Assembly (NCBI RefSeq): GCF_030028105.1
Contig: NC_092379.1
Span: 91,871,006-91,935,005 of the forward strand
Length of the DNA stretch: 64,000 bases
Origin: Mobula birostris
Lineage: Eukaryota
Direction: 5' to 3'
The notes under the pieces were generated by a model. That model had not been told where the DNA came from. It did no database searches and was given only the letters and a program-made list of their open reading frames with translations. Below, piece by piece: positions 12,601 through 25,421 of the stretch (position 1 is the first letter of the stretch; each line of letters starts with the position of its first letter). A program made the translations under genes and the position numbers.

Positions 12601-15230
12601 AACCTGCCTGCAAAGATAATGGTCCCACTCAGGTTCAGGTGTAACCCATCCCTTTCATACAGGTTTTCCTTCCCCAGAAGAGCTCTGAATGATCCAGAAA
12701 TCTGAACCTCTACCCCCCTACCCCCACCATGCATTCATCTGCCTAATCATCCTATTCTTACTCTCACTGATGCATGGCACAGGCAGCAATCCAGAGGTCA
12801 CTACCCTGGGGGACCTTCTTTTCAACTTTCTACCTAGCTCCCTAAATTCTCTCTTCAGGACATCCTCACCTTTCCTACTTGCAGTGATGCTTGAAAGTTT
12901 GTGAACCCTGTAGAATTTTCTCTATTTCTGCATAAATATGACCTAAAATGTGATCAGATCTTCATGTAAGTCCTAAAACTATAAAGTAGATAAAGAGAAC
13001 CCAATGAAATAAGTAACACAAAAAAAGTTATACTTGTTCATTTATTTATTGAGAAAAATTATCCAATAGTACATGTATCTGTTGGAAAAAGTATGTGAAC
13101 CTCTTTTTTAAAAACAATGCTATTTGGAGTCAGATGTTCCAATCAATGAGATGAGATTGGAGGTGTGGGTTGTAGAGGTGCCCTGTCTTATAAAAAAGAC
13201 ACACTAAGTCAGGTTACTGACAGAGCCTGCTCTTCTCAAGAAAGATCTGTTTGTGTACCATGCCTCAATCAATATAATTTTCAGAGGACCTTGGAAGAAG
13301 AATTGTAGAGATACACGAAGCTGGAAAAGACTACAAAAGCATTTCTAAAGACTTAAGTGTTTGTCAGTCCATAGTGAGAGAAATTGTCTACAAATGGAGG
13401 AAATTTAGTACTGTTGCTACTCTCCCTAGGAGTGGGCATCCCGCTAAGATCACACTAAGAGCACAACATGCAATGCTGTTGGAGGTGAAAAAGACCTGCA
13501 GAAATCTCTAGAGCTTGCTAAAGTTCCTGTTCATGTGTTCACAATAGGAAAGACACTGAACAAGAAGGGTGTTCATGAAAGGACACCACAGAGGAAACCA
13601 CTGCTCTCCAAAAACACATTGCTACACATTTCAAGTTTGCAAAAGACCACCTGGATGTTCTACAGTGCTTCTGGGACAATGTTCTGTGGACAGATGAGGC
13701 AAAGGTTGAACTTTTTGGCAGAAGTGCACATTGCTATGTTTGGAGGAAAAAGGGAACTGCACAACACCACCAAAACCTCATCCGAACTGTGAAGCATGGT
13801 GGAAGAAGCATCATGGTTTGGGGCTGCCTCAAGGTCTGGACAACTTGCTATCATTGAGGGAACAATGAATTCAAAATTTTATCAAGACATTTTACACGAG
13901 AATGTCAGGGTAGCAGTCATCACCTGAAGTTGGATGATGCAACAAGACAATAATCCAAAAGACAAGAGTAAATCAACAACAGAATGGTTTGAAAAGAGGA
14001 AAATTTGTGATTTGGAATGGCTGAGTTAGAGTCCTGACTTTAATCCGATAGAAATTGTGTAGAAGGACCTGAAACAAACAAAGAAGTCCACTAACATCCC
14101 AGATTTGAGGCAGTTTTGTAAGGAAGAATAGCCTAAAATTCTTCCATGCTGATGTGCAGGACTGATCAATAGTTACTGGAAATGGTTGGTTAAAGTTATT
14201 GCTATACAACTGGGTCACACCAGTTACTGAACGCAAAGGTTCACATACTTTTTCAACAAATACATGTAATATTGGATCATTTTCCTCAATAAGTAAATGA
14301 ACAAGTATAATGATTTTTGTATTATTTATTTAATTGGGCTCCCTTTATCTAATTTTAGGACTTGTGTAAAGATCTGATCACATTTTAGGTCAAGTTTATG
14401 TAGAAATAGAGAAAACTCTGCAGGGTTCACAAACTTCCTAGTACCACTATATGTCATTGGTACCAATATATAACAAGACTTCTGGCTGCTCACCTTCCCC
14501 TTTTAGAATGCTGTGGACCTGATCTGAGACATCCCTGACCCTGGCAGCTATGAGACAACATACCATCTGGATGTCTCTATCATGTCCACAGAATCTCACC
14601 TCCATACCTCTAGCTATGGAATCTCCTGTCACTACTGCAATCGTCTTCACCTCTCTTCTCTTCTGAGCCACAGCACTAAAATCAGTGCCAGAGACCCAGT
14701 TGTTGCAGCTCCCCCAGTAAGTTGGTCTCCTTAACAGTATCCAAAGTGATATACTTATTACTGAGGAGAACAGCCACAGGTACTCTGCACTGGCTGCCCA
14801 TTTCACTTACTTCTCCTGACAGTCACCCAGTTACCTACCTTCTGCAAACGTGGGGTGACTATCTCCCTGTAGCTCCTATCACTTCTTCAGTCTCCCATAT
14901 GAGCCAATGGTCATCAAGCTACAGCTTCAGTTCCTTAACACATTTTCTGAGGTGGTACACCTTGTGCAGATGTAGTTATCCTGGAGGCTGGAGGGCTCCC
15001 AGAGTTCCCACATCTCACACACCAAACAAAACACAGCCCCTGATGTGAGGTCATTCTCACTGAGCTAACTGTGCCCTAACAGACGAGGAATGAAGAATTA
15101 AGAAGAAGAAACTTACCTCCCCAAGTTAGATGATTTAAAGCCACTTTATGACTGGACCACTCACACAATGGCAGCTCCGCTTGCCCCTGCCTTATTTTTA
15201 TTCATCTTTTCTAATGCATCCTGCTCACTG
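9636..15230 (-). mobile_element. Old, roughly full-length CR1 LINE split by a Tc1 at 12882-14449
   Basis: Minus ORFs with CR1 ORF2 motifs (11706-11906 LDWVLCNE...LGASDHNMIEF) and ORF1 esterase motifs (14447-14806 TGDSIAR...YIGTNDI; 12552-12734 DGLHLN). Confidence 0.85.
12882..14449 (+). mobile_element. Tc1-family DNA transposon, defective, about 1.57 kb
   Basis: Long TIRs CAGTGATGCTTGAAAGTTTGTGAACCCTG / CAGGGTTCACAAACTTCCTAGTACCACTA; TA at 14450-51 (left copy decayed to TG); broken transposase from ATG about 13260 (RKPLLSK, WTDE, QQDNNPK, SPDFNPIE). Confidence 0.92.
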
Positions 15231-15269
15231 ATTGGGCACAGTACAACTCCAGGATTTAATTTTAAGATC

Positions 15270-16030
15270 ATATTTAATTTGTATTAATGACCTTGACATG
15301 GGAATGGAACTAACTGTTTCTAAATTTGTGGCAGACACAAAACTTTGTGGCTTGTGAATCGTGTGAGCGGATTGTGTTAGGTTGAAATAAGATAGCTCCA
15401 GATTAGTAGAATGGGCAGACATGGGGCAGATGAAGTTTAATGTAAGGAGATGCAATTTTGGAGGAAGAATGAGGACCTGTGATATAGAATACTCTAAAAT
15501 GGTTCAAAGTAAAATGTATTTTCAGAGTACATCCATGTCACCACATTACAACCCTGAGATTCCTTTACTGTGGGTGTACTTGGCAAATCTTTTGAACAGT
15601 ATCTAAACATCAGGAGCTGTAAACTGCAAACAAACTGCGTAATTGCAAATAGCAATAATCAATGAGCATGAATTAACAATATAACAGAGTCCTTAAAGAA
15701 GTGTAGCTGTCCCCTTTTGTTCAAGAGCCTGATGGTTGAGGGCTAGTAACTGTTCCTGAACCTGGTGGTACGAGTCTTGAGGCTCTTGTACCTTCTACCT
15801 GATGGCAGCAGCGAGAAAAGAGCATGGCCTGGGTGGTGAGGATCTGGAACAAAGAAACTTGGAGCTATGTATGTGAAAATAATTGAAACTTCCTGGACAT
15901 ACTCAATTCTGGGCTTTATTAATAGAGGCCATACAATATAAAAGCAGGGAAGTCATGGCGAACCTTTATAAAATCCTTGTCCTACCTTGTCTGGAATATT
16001 GTGTTCAATTCTGGTTATCTCATTATAGTA
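15270..16030 (+). mobile_element. Old CR1 RT fragment containing an inverted Rex-type 3' end (about 15500-15845)
   Basis: aaatttgtggcagacacaaaa, tggcagatgaagtttaatg-like and ctggaatattgtgttcaattctgg motifs; ccttctacctgatggcag LINE end motif. Confidence 0.55.
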
Positions 16031-17023
16031 AGGAAATGAAATAGAGGATTACAGGAATCCAACCATCTTGTTAAATGAACAATGAGATTTGTATGAAGAG
16101 AATCACCTTTCATTTTTCTGAACTGCACTGATCATAGGTTTATCTAATGGAATCTCTCCTTGTGCAATAATGTACATATCCCAGGAATCAGTCCAGTAAA
16201 TTTATACTGCACTTCTAAACCTACCCTTATTGCATCTCTGTATGGAGATTGAAAGTGCATAAGCCAGAGGAATTTAAATTTGATCACATTTCATTTACAC
16301 TTGCATGCACATGTTTGTACTTAATGATTATTGGGGGTGGTCATGTATCAACTTCCAGTGGTAGCCATTTGCAGGGTTTTACCTAAAGCATGTGTAATTA
16401 CTACAAAACTTGATTACTTTTATAGTTCAATCTCCTTTGAAGAAAGGCCAACATACTATTTGCCTTTCTGATTACTTGCATGTTAATTTTCTGCATTTTA
16501 TATACCTGTACACTTAGAACTATCTGTATTCCTCTATTCTGCTACTACTCTTAACCAAATTAATAAACTCACATTACATTCCATCTGCTACCTTTTGTCT
16601 CTTCGCATACTCTGTTTTGCTCTGTAGGTACCTTACATCTGCAATGCTCATGTTTTTCACCTACCATCAACAAACATGAGTAGAGTGAATCCATTTCTCT
16701 AGACATTAACTACGCTGATTTCCCTGTATTGGTCCTTTTCATTGCCCACAAGTAAACACTTTCCAGCTAAAAATGATTATACCTGCTTTATTTTTGTCAT
16801 GCCCATTAACCATTCTATCCATGCAAATATTTTCTTCCTGACCCTAGAGTTCTTATTTTGTACAAGAATCATTGTGTGGCAGATTATTAATTAACTCATA
16901 AATTAATTTTTGTTTCTCTGACTCATTGTGAGTCTACTTTCCACAACAGAGTGCAGTGTGACACCTGTGACAGACTAAGAAGTAAATGAAAGATAATTAA
17001 TGAGTTTGTTCACATTTTCTTAG

Positions 17024-17143
17024 GTTGACACAAGCAGGATTGTTCACATACATTCCGTTATCATCCTCCGTCGCTCAGATAAGCGCAAAGATCGGGTGGA
17101 AATTTCTCCAGAGCAACTTTCTGCAGCCTCTACTGAAGCCGAG
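17024..17143 (+). CDS. BRCC3: BRCC3 coding exon 2
   Basis: ttttcttAG|VDTSRIVHIHSVIILRRSDKRKDRVEISPEQLSAASTEAE|ATATCCTTT (U12 donor); 120 nt. Confidence 0.97.
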
Positions 17144-17713
17144 ATATCCTTTCAGTAATTGCACCGTGGAGATCGCTATTGTGAAAAATTCACTGTTTCA
17201 CAACATGTTCTTGTTATTTATTTCCAGACTGTGCCAAATTATCTGCTACAAATATTGTCAGATATTTTTTCTCTATATTTTCACAAGGTGGCTAAATATT
17301 AGGGAATGAGGAACTTCTGAACCTCATCAGATAGCCCCAGATGGGATACGGTACACATTTGATGGGCAGTAAGGGGAGAGATTTTAGATATAAACAAGTT
17401 TGTTATTTGCTGAATAAAACTTCTAGGATGCAGATAAACTCACATTAAACAATAAAATCAAAATATGATGCAGACAATTTTTAAAGTTTTCTGGAAAACA
17501 CTAGAAATTAATGTAAAATTTCAAAAACATTCATTCATACATTTTCTATGTATATCAGTGAAGTTTACATTTTATGTACATTAAGGTGTTATTATAGGAA
17601 AGCTGTAAGGAGAGTTGTAGACTTGGAAAATAATAGTGTTCTAGGATTCTGGAAGAATATCTGTAATAAAGTTACATTAGATTACTTTAGTATCTTTAAC
17701 TTAGATTTTGCAC
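17144..17713 (+). other. U12-type (minor spliceosome) AT-AC intron of BRCC3, 570 nt
   Basis: 5' ATATCCTTT; branch site TATCTTTAAC at 17691-17700, 13 nt before terminal AC at 17712-13; splicing restores conserved EAE|RLA. Confidence 0.93.
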
Positions 17714-17801
17714 AGATTGGCTGATATGACTGGTCACCCGATGAGAGTGGTGGGATGGTATCATTCTCATCCACATATTACTGTATGGCCTTCACATGTA
17801 G
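17714..17801 (+). CDS. BRCC3: BRCC3 coding exon 3 (JAMM HxH motif)
   Basis: RLADMTGHPMRVVGWYHSHPHITVWPSHV + G|GTAAGT; 88 nt. Confidence 0.97.
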
Positions 17802-17974
17802 GTAAGTGAATGACTGAACTGCACAATGAGTAACCATGGCTTAATTTTCCTTGTGCAAGCAATTTAAAGTATTCCTTGTTTTGCAGTGTCTTCTGCACCT
17901 CACTGACATACAATTCTGTAGATGTTGACAGTTCACTGGAATGGATTTTAACTTACTGATTTATCTGTTCATTG

Positions 17975-18520
17975 TATATCCTGGAAACGTTCAATGGGTC
18001 AGGAAGCACCTTTGGAGAGAGAAACAGAGTTAACCTTTCGGGTCAAAGTCCTTTGGTCAATACTGGAAAGGAGTACTGGAAACAAGTTATCTTTAAATTG
18101 CAGAGAGGGTGGGGACAAGGTAAAGGAGAACAAAGGGAGAACAATAGTATCTCTGATAAGTGAGGCCAGATTTGCTGTGGACATAAACTATAAACTAACT
18201 CATCAGGTGCTTGGGTTTATGTGGGCAGTTAGGGAAAGAGGATTTGAGCAAAGGTAATTACATATTATAAAATGAGCACTATTAGAGAGTGAGAACCTAA
18301 ACGGAGAAATATAAAAGTTTCAAAATACAGAGCTGTAGGACATGCCTGATAGGACGTAAAAACTGACCCAATATCATAGGTAGATGAGCCAGTTCTAATA
18401 CAGATAGAAAGCAAGTTTCTTAAAGTTGTAACATTTGTTATTGAGTCTAAAAATTTGTCTAGATAGAAGATGAGATACTGTTCATCAAGGCTTTGTTATA
18501 ATAGTGTAGCAGATCAGAAT
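17975..18520 (-). mobile_element. Old Penelope-like 3' remnant
   Basis: ctggaaacgttcaatgggtcaggaagcacc...gttaacctttcgggtc resembles the reverse complement of the tail at 28070-28168; purine-rich tract follows. Confidence 0.45.
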
Positions 18521-21407
18521 CACATTGGTCATGACTGTGAGATTGACAATAAAGATGAAGACGCAGAAAGAAATTGAAATAAAGCACCCTATGTTTAGTC
18601 TACAGAATGCTTCTAAACTTCCTGTTGGCTACCAATTTAATACAGCAGAAACTGTTAGTGTTCTCTCTTCACTTTTCACTGAGCTTCATGTACCTGACCG
18701 GGAGTCTCTTAAAAGACCTTATCATATCCGCCTCTACCATTGTCGCCGGCAGCCCATTCCACTCACCACTCTCTGCATAGCAATCTTACCCCTGACGTCT
18801 CCTCTGTACCTATTTCCAAGCAGCTTAAACCTGTGCTCTCTTGTGCTAGCCATTCTAGTGCTGGGAAAAAGCCTCTGACTATCCACACGATCAATGTTTC
18901 TCATCATTTTATACACCTCTATCAGGTCACTTCTCATCCTCTTTTGCTCCAAGGAAAAAAGGCCAAGTTCACTCAACCTAGTCTCATAAAGCATGCTCCC
19001 CAATCCAGGCAACATCCTTGTGAATCTCTTCTGCACCTTTTCTATGGTTTCCACATTCTTCCTATAGTGAAGTGACCAGAACTGCAGAACTGAGCACAGT
19101 ACTAAAAGTGGGGTCTGATCAGGGTCCTATATAGCTGCAACATTATCCCTCGGCTCCTAAACTCAATCCCATGATTGATGAAGGTCAATGCACTGTATGC
19201 TTTCTTAACCACGGAGTCATCTCCATTTACTGTTCTACCTTCATCAATGTGTTTAGTCACATACTCAAAAAAATTCAATCGGGCTCATAAGGCACGACCT
19301 GCCTTTCGCAAAGCCATGCTGACTATTCTTAATCATATTGTGCCTCTCCAAATGTTCATAAATCCTGCCTCTCAGGATTTTCTCCATCAACTTACCAACC
19401 ACTGAAGTAAGACTCACTGGTCTATAATTTCCTGGGCTATCTCTACTCCTTTCTTGAATAATGGAACAACATCTGCAACCCTCCAATCCTCCAGAACCTC
19501 TCTCATCCCCATTGATGATACAAAGATCATCGCCAGAGGCTCAGCAATTTCCTCCTGTGCCTCCCACAGTAGCCTGGGGTACGTCTCATCTGGTCCCAGT
19601 GACTTACCCAATTCAATGCTTTTCAAAAGCTCCAGTACATCCTCTTTCTTAATATCTACATGCTCAAGCTTTTTAGTCTGCTGTAAGTCATCCCTACAAT
19701 CGCCAAGATCCTTTTCCATAGTGAATACTGAAGCAAAGTACTCGTTAGGTATGTCTGCTATCTCCTCTGGTTCCATACACACTTTTCCACGGTCACACTT
19801 CATTGGTCCTATTCTCTCACGTCTTATCCTCTTGCTCTTCACATACTTGTAGAATGCCTTGGGGTTTTCCTTAATCCTGTCCGCCAAGGCCTTCTCATGG
19901 CCCCTTCTGGCTCTCCTAATTTCTTTCCTAAGCTCCTTCCTGCTAGCCTTATAATCTTCTAGATCTCTATCATTACCTAGTTTTTTTGAACCTTTTGTAA
20001 GCTCTTCTTTTCTTCTTGACTAGATTTACAACAGCCTTTGTACACCACAGTTCCTGTACCCTACCATCCTTTCCTTTTCTCGTCGGAACGTACCTATGCA
20101 AAACTCCACGCAAATAACCCCTGAACATTTGCCACATTTCTTCCTTACATTTCCCTGAGAACAGCTGTTCCCAATTTATGCTTCAAAGTTCCTGCCTGAT
20201 AGCCTCATATCTCCCCTTACTCCAATTAAGTGCTTTCCTAACTTGTCTATTCCTATCCCTCTCCAATGCTATTGTAAAGGAGATAGAATTGTGATCACTA
20301 TCTCCAAAATGCTCTCCCACTGAGAGATCTGACACCTGACCAGGTTCATTTTCCGATACCAGATCTAGTACAGCCTCTTCTCTTGTAGGCTTATCTATAT
20401 ATTGTTTCAAGAAACCTTCTTGAACACACCTAACAAACTCCACCCCATCTAAACCCCTCACTCTAGGGACATGCCAATCGATATTTGGAAATTAAAATCT
20501 CCCACCACAACAACCCTGTTATTATTACACCTGTCCAGAATCTGTCCCCTATCTGCTCCTGGATGTCCCTGTTACTGTTGGATGGTCTATAAAAAACACC
20601 CAGTAGAGTTCTTGACCCCTTCCTGTTCCTAACTTCCACCCACAGAGACTCCATAGACAATCCCTCCATGTCTTCCTCCTTTTCTGCAGCTGTGACATGA
20701 TCTCTCCCTGTCCTTTCTGAAACATCTAAAGCCTGGCACTCAATGTAACCATTCCTGCCCCTGAGCCATCTAAGTCTCTGTAATGGCCACAATATCATAG
20801 CTCCAAGTACTGATCCACACTCTAAGCTCATCAGCTTTGTTCATAATACTCCTTGCATTAAAATAGGCACATCTCAAACCATCGGTCTGAGCGCATCCCT
20901 GCTCTATCACCTTCCTATCCTCTGTCTTGCACTGTCTTCAAGCTTTCTGTACCTGTGAGCCATCTGCCTCTTCCTCCATCTCTTCAGTTTGGTTCCCACC
21001 CCCCCAGCAATCCTAATTTAAACTCTCCCCAATAGCCTTGGCAAACCTCCCCACCAGGATATTAGTCCCCCTGGGATTCAAGTGCAACCTGTCCTTTTTG
21101 TACAGGTCACACCTGCCCCAGAAGAGGTCCCAATGATCCAGAAATCTGAATCCCTGCCCCCTGCTCCAATCCCTCAGCCACGCATTTATCCTCCACCTCA
21201 CTCTATTCTTATACTCACTGTCACATGGCACAGGCAGTAACCCCGAGATGACTACCTTTGAGGTTTGCTTCTCAACTTCCTTCCTAATTCCCTGTAGTCT
21301 GCTTTCAGGACCTTCTCCCTTTTCCTGCCTATGTCATTAGAAACATAGAAAATAGGTGCAGGAGTAGGCCATTAGGCCTTTCGAGCCTGCACCGCCATTC
21401 AGTATGA

Positions 21408-24400
21408 TCATGGCTGATCATCCAACTCAGAACCTTGTACCAGCCTTCCCTCCATACCCCAGATCCCTTTAGCCACAAGGGCCATATCTAACTCCCTCTT
21501 AAATATGTACAATGAACTGGCCTCAACTGTTTCCTGTGGCAGAGAATTCCACAGATTCACCACTCTCTGTGTGAAGAAGTTTTTCCTAATCTTGGTCCTA
21601 AAAGGCTTCCCCTTTATCCTCAAACTGTGACCCCTTGGTCTGGACTTCCCCAACATCGGGAACAATCTTCCTGCATCTAGCCTGTCCAATCCCTTTAGGA
21701 TTTTATACATTTCAATAAGATCCCCCCTCAATCTTCTAAATTCCAACGAGTATAAGCCTAGTTCATCCAGTCTTTCATCATATGAAAGTCCTGCCATCCC
21801 AGGAATCAATCTGGTGAACCTTCTTTGTACTCCCTCTATGGCAAGGATGTCTTTCCTCAGATTAGGGGACCAAAACTGCACACAATACTCCAGGTGTGGT
21901 CTCACCAAGGCCTTGTACAACTGCAGTAGTACCTCCCTGCTCCTGTACTCGAATCCTCTCGCTATAAATGCCAGCATACCATTCGCCTTTTTCACCGCCT
22001 GCTGTACCTGCATGCCCACTTTCAATGACTGGTGTATAATGACACCCAGGTTTCATTGCACCTCCCCTTTTCCTAATCGGCCACCATTCAAATAATAATC
22101 TGTTTTCCTGTTTTTGCCACCAAAGTGGATAACCTTACATTTATCCACATTAAATTGCATCTGCCATGAATTTGCCCACTCACCTAATCTATCCAAGTCA
22201 CCCTGCATCCTCTTAGCATCCTCCTCACAGCTAACACTGCCGCCCAGCTTCGTGTCATCCGCAAACTTGGAGATGCTGCATTTAATTCCCTCATCTAAGT
22301 CATTAATATATATTGTAAACAACTGGGGTCCCAGCACTGAGCCTTGCAGTACCCCACTAGTCACTGCCTGCCATTCTGAAAAGGTCCCGTTTATTCCCAC
22401 TTTTTGCTTCCTGTCTGCCAACCAATTCTCTATCCAGATCAATACCTTACCTTCAATACCGTGTGCTTTAAGTTTGCACACTAATCTCCTGTGTGGGACT
22501 TTGTCAAAACCCTTTTGAAAATCCAAATATACCACATCCACTGGTTCTCCCCTATCCACTCTACTAGTTACATCCTCAAAAAATTCTATGAGATTCGTCA
22601 GACATGACTTTCCTTTCACAAATCCATGCTGACTTTGTCTGATGATTTCACCGCTTTCCAAATGTGCTGCTATCACATCTTTGATAACTGACTCTAGCAT
22701 TTTCCCCACCACCGATGTTAGGCTAACCGGTCTATAATTCCCCGGTTTCTCTCTCCCTCCTTTTTTGAAAAGTGGGGTTACATTAGCCACCCTCCAATCC
22801 TCAGGAACTAGTCCAGAATCTAAGGAGTTTTGAAAAATTATCACTAATGCATCCACTATTTCTTGGGCTACTTCCTTAAGCACTCTGGGATGCAGACCAT
22901 CTGGCCCTGGGGATTTATCTGCCTTTAATCCCTTCAATTTACCTAACACCACTTCCCTACTAACATGTATTTCCCTCAGTTCCTCCATCTCACTGGACCC
23001 TCTGTCCCCTACTATTTCCAGAAGATTATTTATGTCCTCCTTAGTGAAGACAGAACCAAAGTAGTTATTCAATTGGTCTGCCACGTCCTTGTTCCCCATA
23101 ATCAATTCACCTGTTTCTGTCTGTAGGGGACCTACATTTGTCTTAACCAATCTTTTTCTTTTCACATATCTATAAAAGCTTTTACAGTCAGTTTTTATGT
23201 TCTCTGCCAGTTTTCTCTCATAATCTTTTTTCCCTTTCCTAATTAAGCCCTTTGTCCTCCTCTGCTGGACTCTGAATTTCTCCCAGTCCTCAGGTGAGCC
23301 ACTTTTTCTGGCTAATTTGTATGCTTCTTCTTTGGAATTGATACTATCCCTAATTTCCCTTGTCAACCACGGGTGCACTACCTTCCCTGACTTATTCTTT
23401 TGCCAAACTGGGATGAACAATTGTTGTAGTTCATCCATGCGATCTTTAAAAGCTTGCCATTGCATATCCACCGTCAACCCTTTAAGTGTCATTTGCCAGT
23501 CTATCTTAGCTAATTCACGTCTCATACCTTCAAAGTTACCCTTCTTTAAGTTCAGAACCTTTGTTTCTGAATTAACTATGTCACTCTCCATCTTAATAAA
23601 GAATTCCACCATATTATGGTCACTCTTACCCAAGGGGCCTCTCACGACAAGATTGCTAATTAACTCTTCCTCATTGCTCAATACCCAGTTTAGAATAGCC
23701 TGCTCTCTAGTTGGTTCCTCGACATGTTGGTTCAAAAAACCATCCCGCATACATTCCAAGAAATCCTCTTCCTCAGCACCCTTACCAATTTGGTTCACCC
23801 AATCTTCATGTAGATTGAAGTCACCCATTATAACTGCTGTTCCTTTATTGCACACATTTCTAATTTCCTGTTTAATACCATCCCCAACCTCACTACTACT
23901 GTTAGGTGGCTTGTATACAACTCCCACCAGCGGTTTCTACCCCTTAGTGTTATGCAGCTTTACCCATATCGATTCCACATCCTCCCGGCTAATGTCCTTC
24001 CTTTCTATTGCGTTAATCTCTTCTTTAACCAGCAATGCTACCCCACCTCCTTTTCTTTCATGTCTATCCCTCCTGAATATTGAATATCGCCGAATGTTGA
24101 GCTCCCATCCTTGGTCACCCTGGAGCCATGCCTCTGTGATCCCAACTATATCATATTCATTAATAACAATCTGCACTTTTAATTCATCCACCTTGTTACG
24201 AATGCTCCTTGCATTGACACACAAAGCCTTCAGGCTCGCTTTTACAACACTCTTAACCTTTATACAATTATGTTGAAAAGTGGCCCTTTTTGATTTTTGC
24301 CCTGGATTTGCCGGGGTGCAACTTTTACTTTTCACCTTACTACTTTTTGCTTCTACCCTCATTTTACCCCCCACTGTCTCTCTGCACTTGTTCCCATCCC

Positions 24401-24458
24401 CCTGTTGTAAACTAACCTCCTCTCTCCTAGTCTCTTTAATTTGATTCCCACCCCCCAA
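21408..24458 (-). pseudogene. CR1 ORF2: APE endonuclease plus reverse transcriptase, broken near 23930 and 22050
   Basis: EN motifs NARS, GITEAW, MGDFN, SDHN; RT motifs YRPVSL, LDFQKGFD, QGSVLGP, KFADD. Confidence 0.93.
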
Positions 24459-24463
24459 CCATT

Positions 24464-25421
24464 CTACTTTAAAGTCACCTCAGTAGCCCTCGCAAATCTC
24501 CCCACCAGGATATTGGTCACCCTAGGATTCAAGTGTAACCTGTCCTTTTTGTACAGGTCACACCTGCGCCAAAAGAGGTCCCAATGATCCAAAAACTTGA
24601 ATCCCTGCCCCCTGCTCCAGTCCCTCAGCCACGCATTTATCCTCCACCTCACTCTATTCCTATACTCTGTCACGTGGCACAGGCAGTAATCCTGAGATTA
24701 CTACCTTAGCGGTCCTTTTTCTCAACTCCCTTCCTAACTCCCTATATTCTCCTTTCAGGATCTCTTCCCTTTTCCTACCTATGTCATTGGTACCTATATG
24801 TACCACGACCTCTGTCTCCTCACCCTTCCACTTCAGGATATCTTGGACGCAATCAGAAATATCCCGGACCCTGGCACCAGGGAGGCAAACTACCATCCGG
24901 GTCTCTGGACTGCGTCCACAGAATCGCCTATCTGACCCTCTTACTATCGAGTCCCCTATTACAACTGCCCTCCTCTTCCTTTCCCTACCCTTCTGAGCTA
25001 CAGGGCCGGACTCTGTGCCGGAGGCACAGCCACTGTCGCTTCCCCCAGGTAAGCTGTGCCCCCCAACAGTACTCAAACAGGAGTACCTATTGTCAAGGGG
25101 CACAGCCACCGGGGTACTCACTATTACCTGACTCTTCCCCTTCCCCCTCCTAACCGTAACCCACTTGTCTGCCTCCCGTGGCCCTGGTGTGACCACCTGC
25201 CTGTAACTCCTGTCTATCAACTCATCACTCTCCCTGACTAGGCGAAGGTCATCGAGCTGCAGCTCCAGTTCCCTAACGCGGTCCCTTAGGAGCTGCATCT
25301 TGGCGCACCTGGCGCAGATGTGGACGTCTGGGAGGATTGGAGGCTCCATGACCTCCCACATCCGGCACCGAGAAGAACAAGCTGCCCTCACACTCATACT
25401 GCCTCTCTCCTCAAGTAACAA
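24464..25421 (-). pseudogene. CR1 ORF1: Zn-finger/coiled-coil plus SGNH esterase, one frameshift near 24665
   Basis: CSSRC...CARC, LRDRVRELELQL, VIGDSIVR, HIGTNDI, DRLHLN. Confidence 0.9.

Noticed and set aside
17025-17309. 94-aa ORF over BRCC3 exon 2
   Set aside because: Wrong frame; the true exon is read from 17024 and ends at the U12 donor.
23317-24276. 319-aa plus-strand ORF
   Set aside because: Antisense shadow of CR1 ORF2; Ser/Leu-rich with no recognisable motif.
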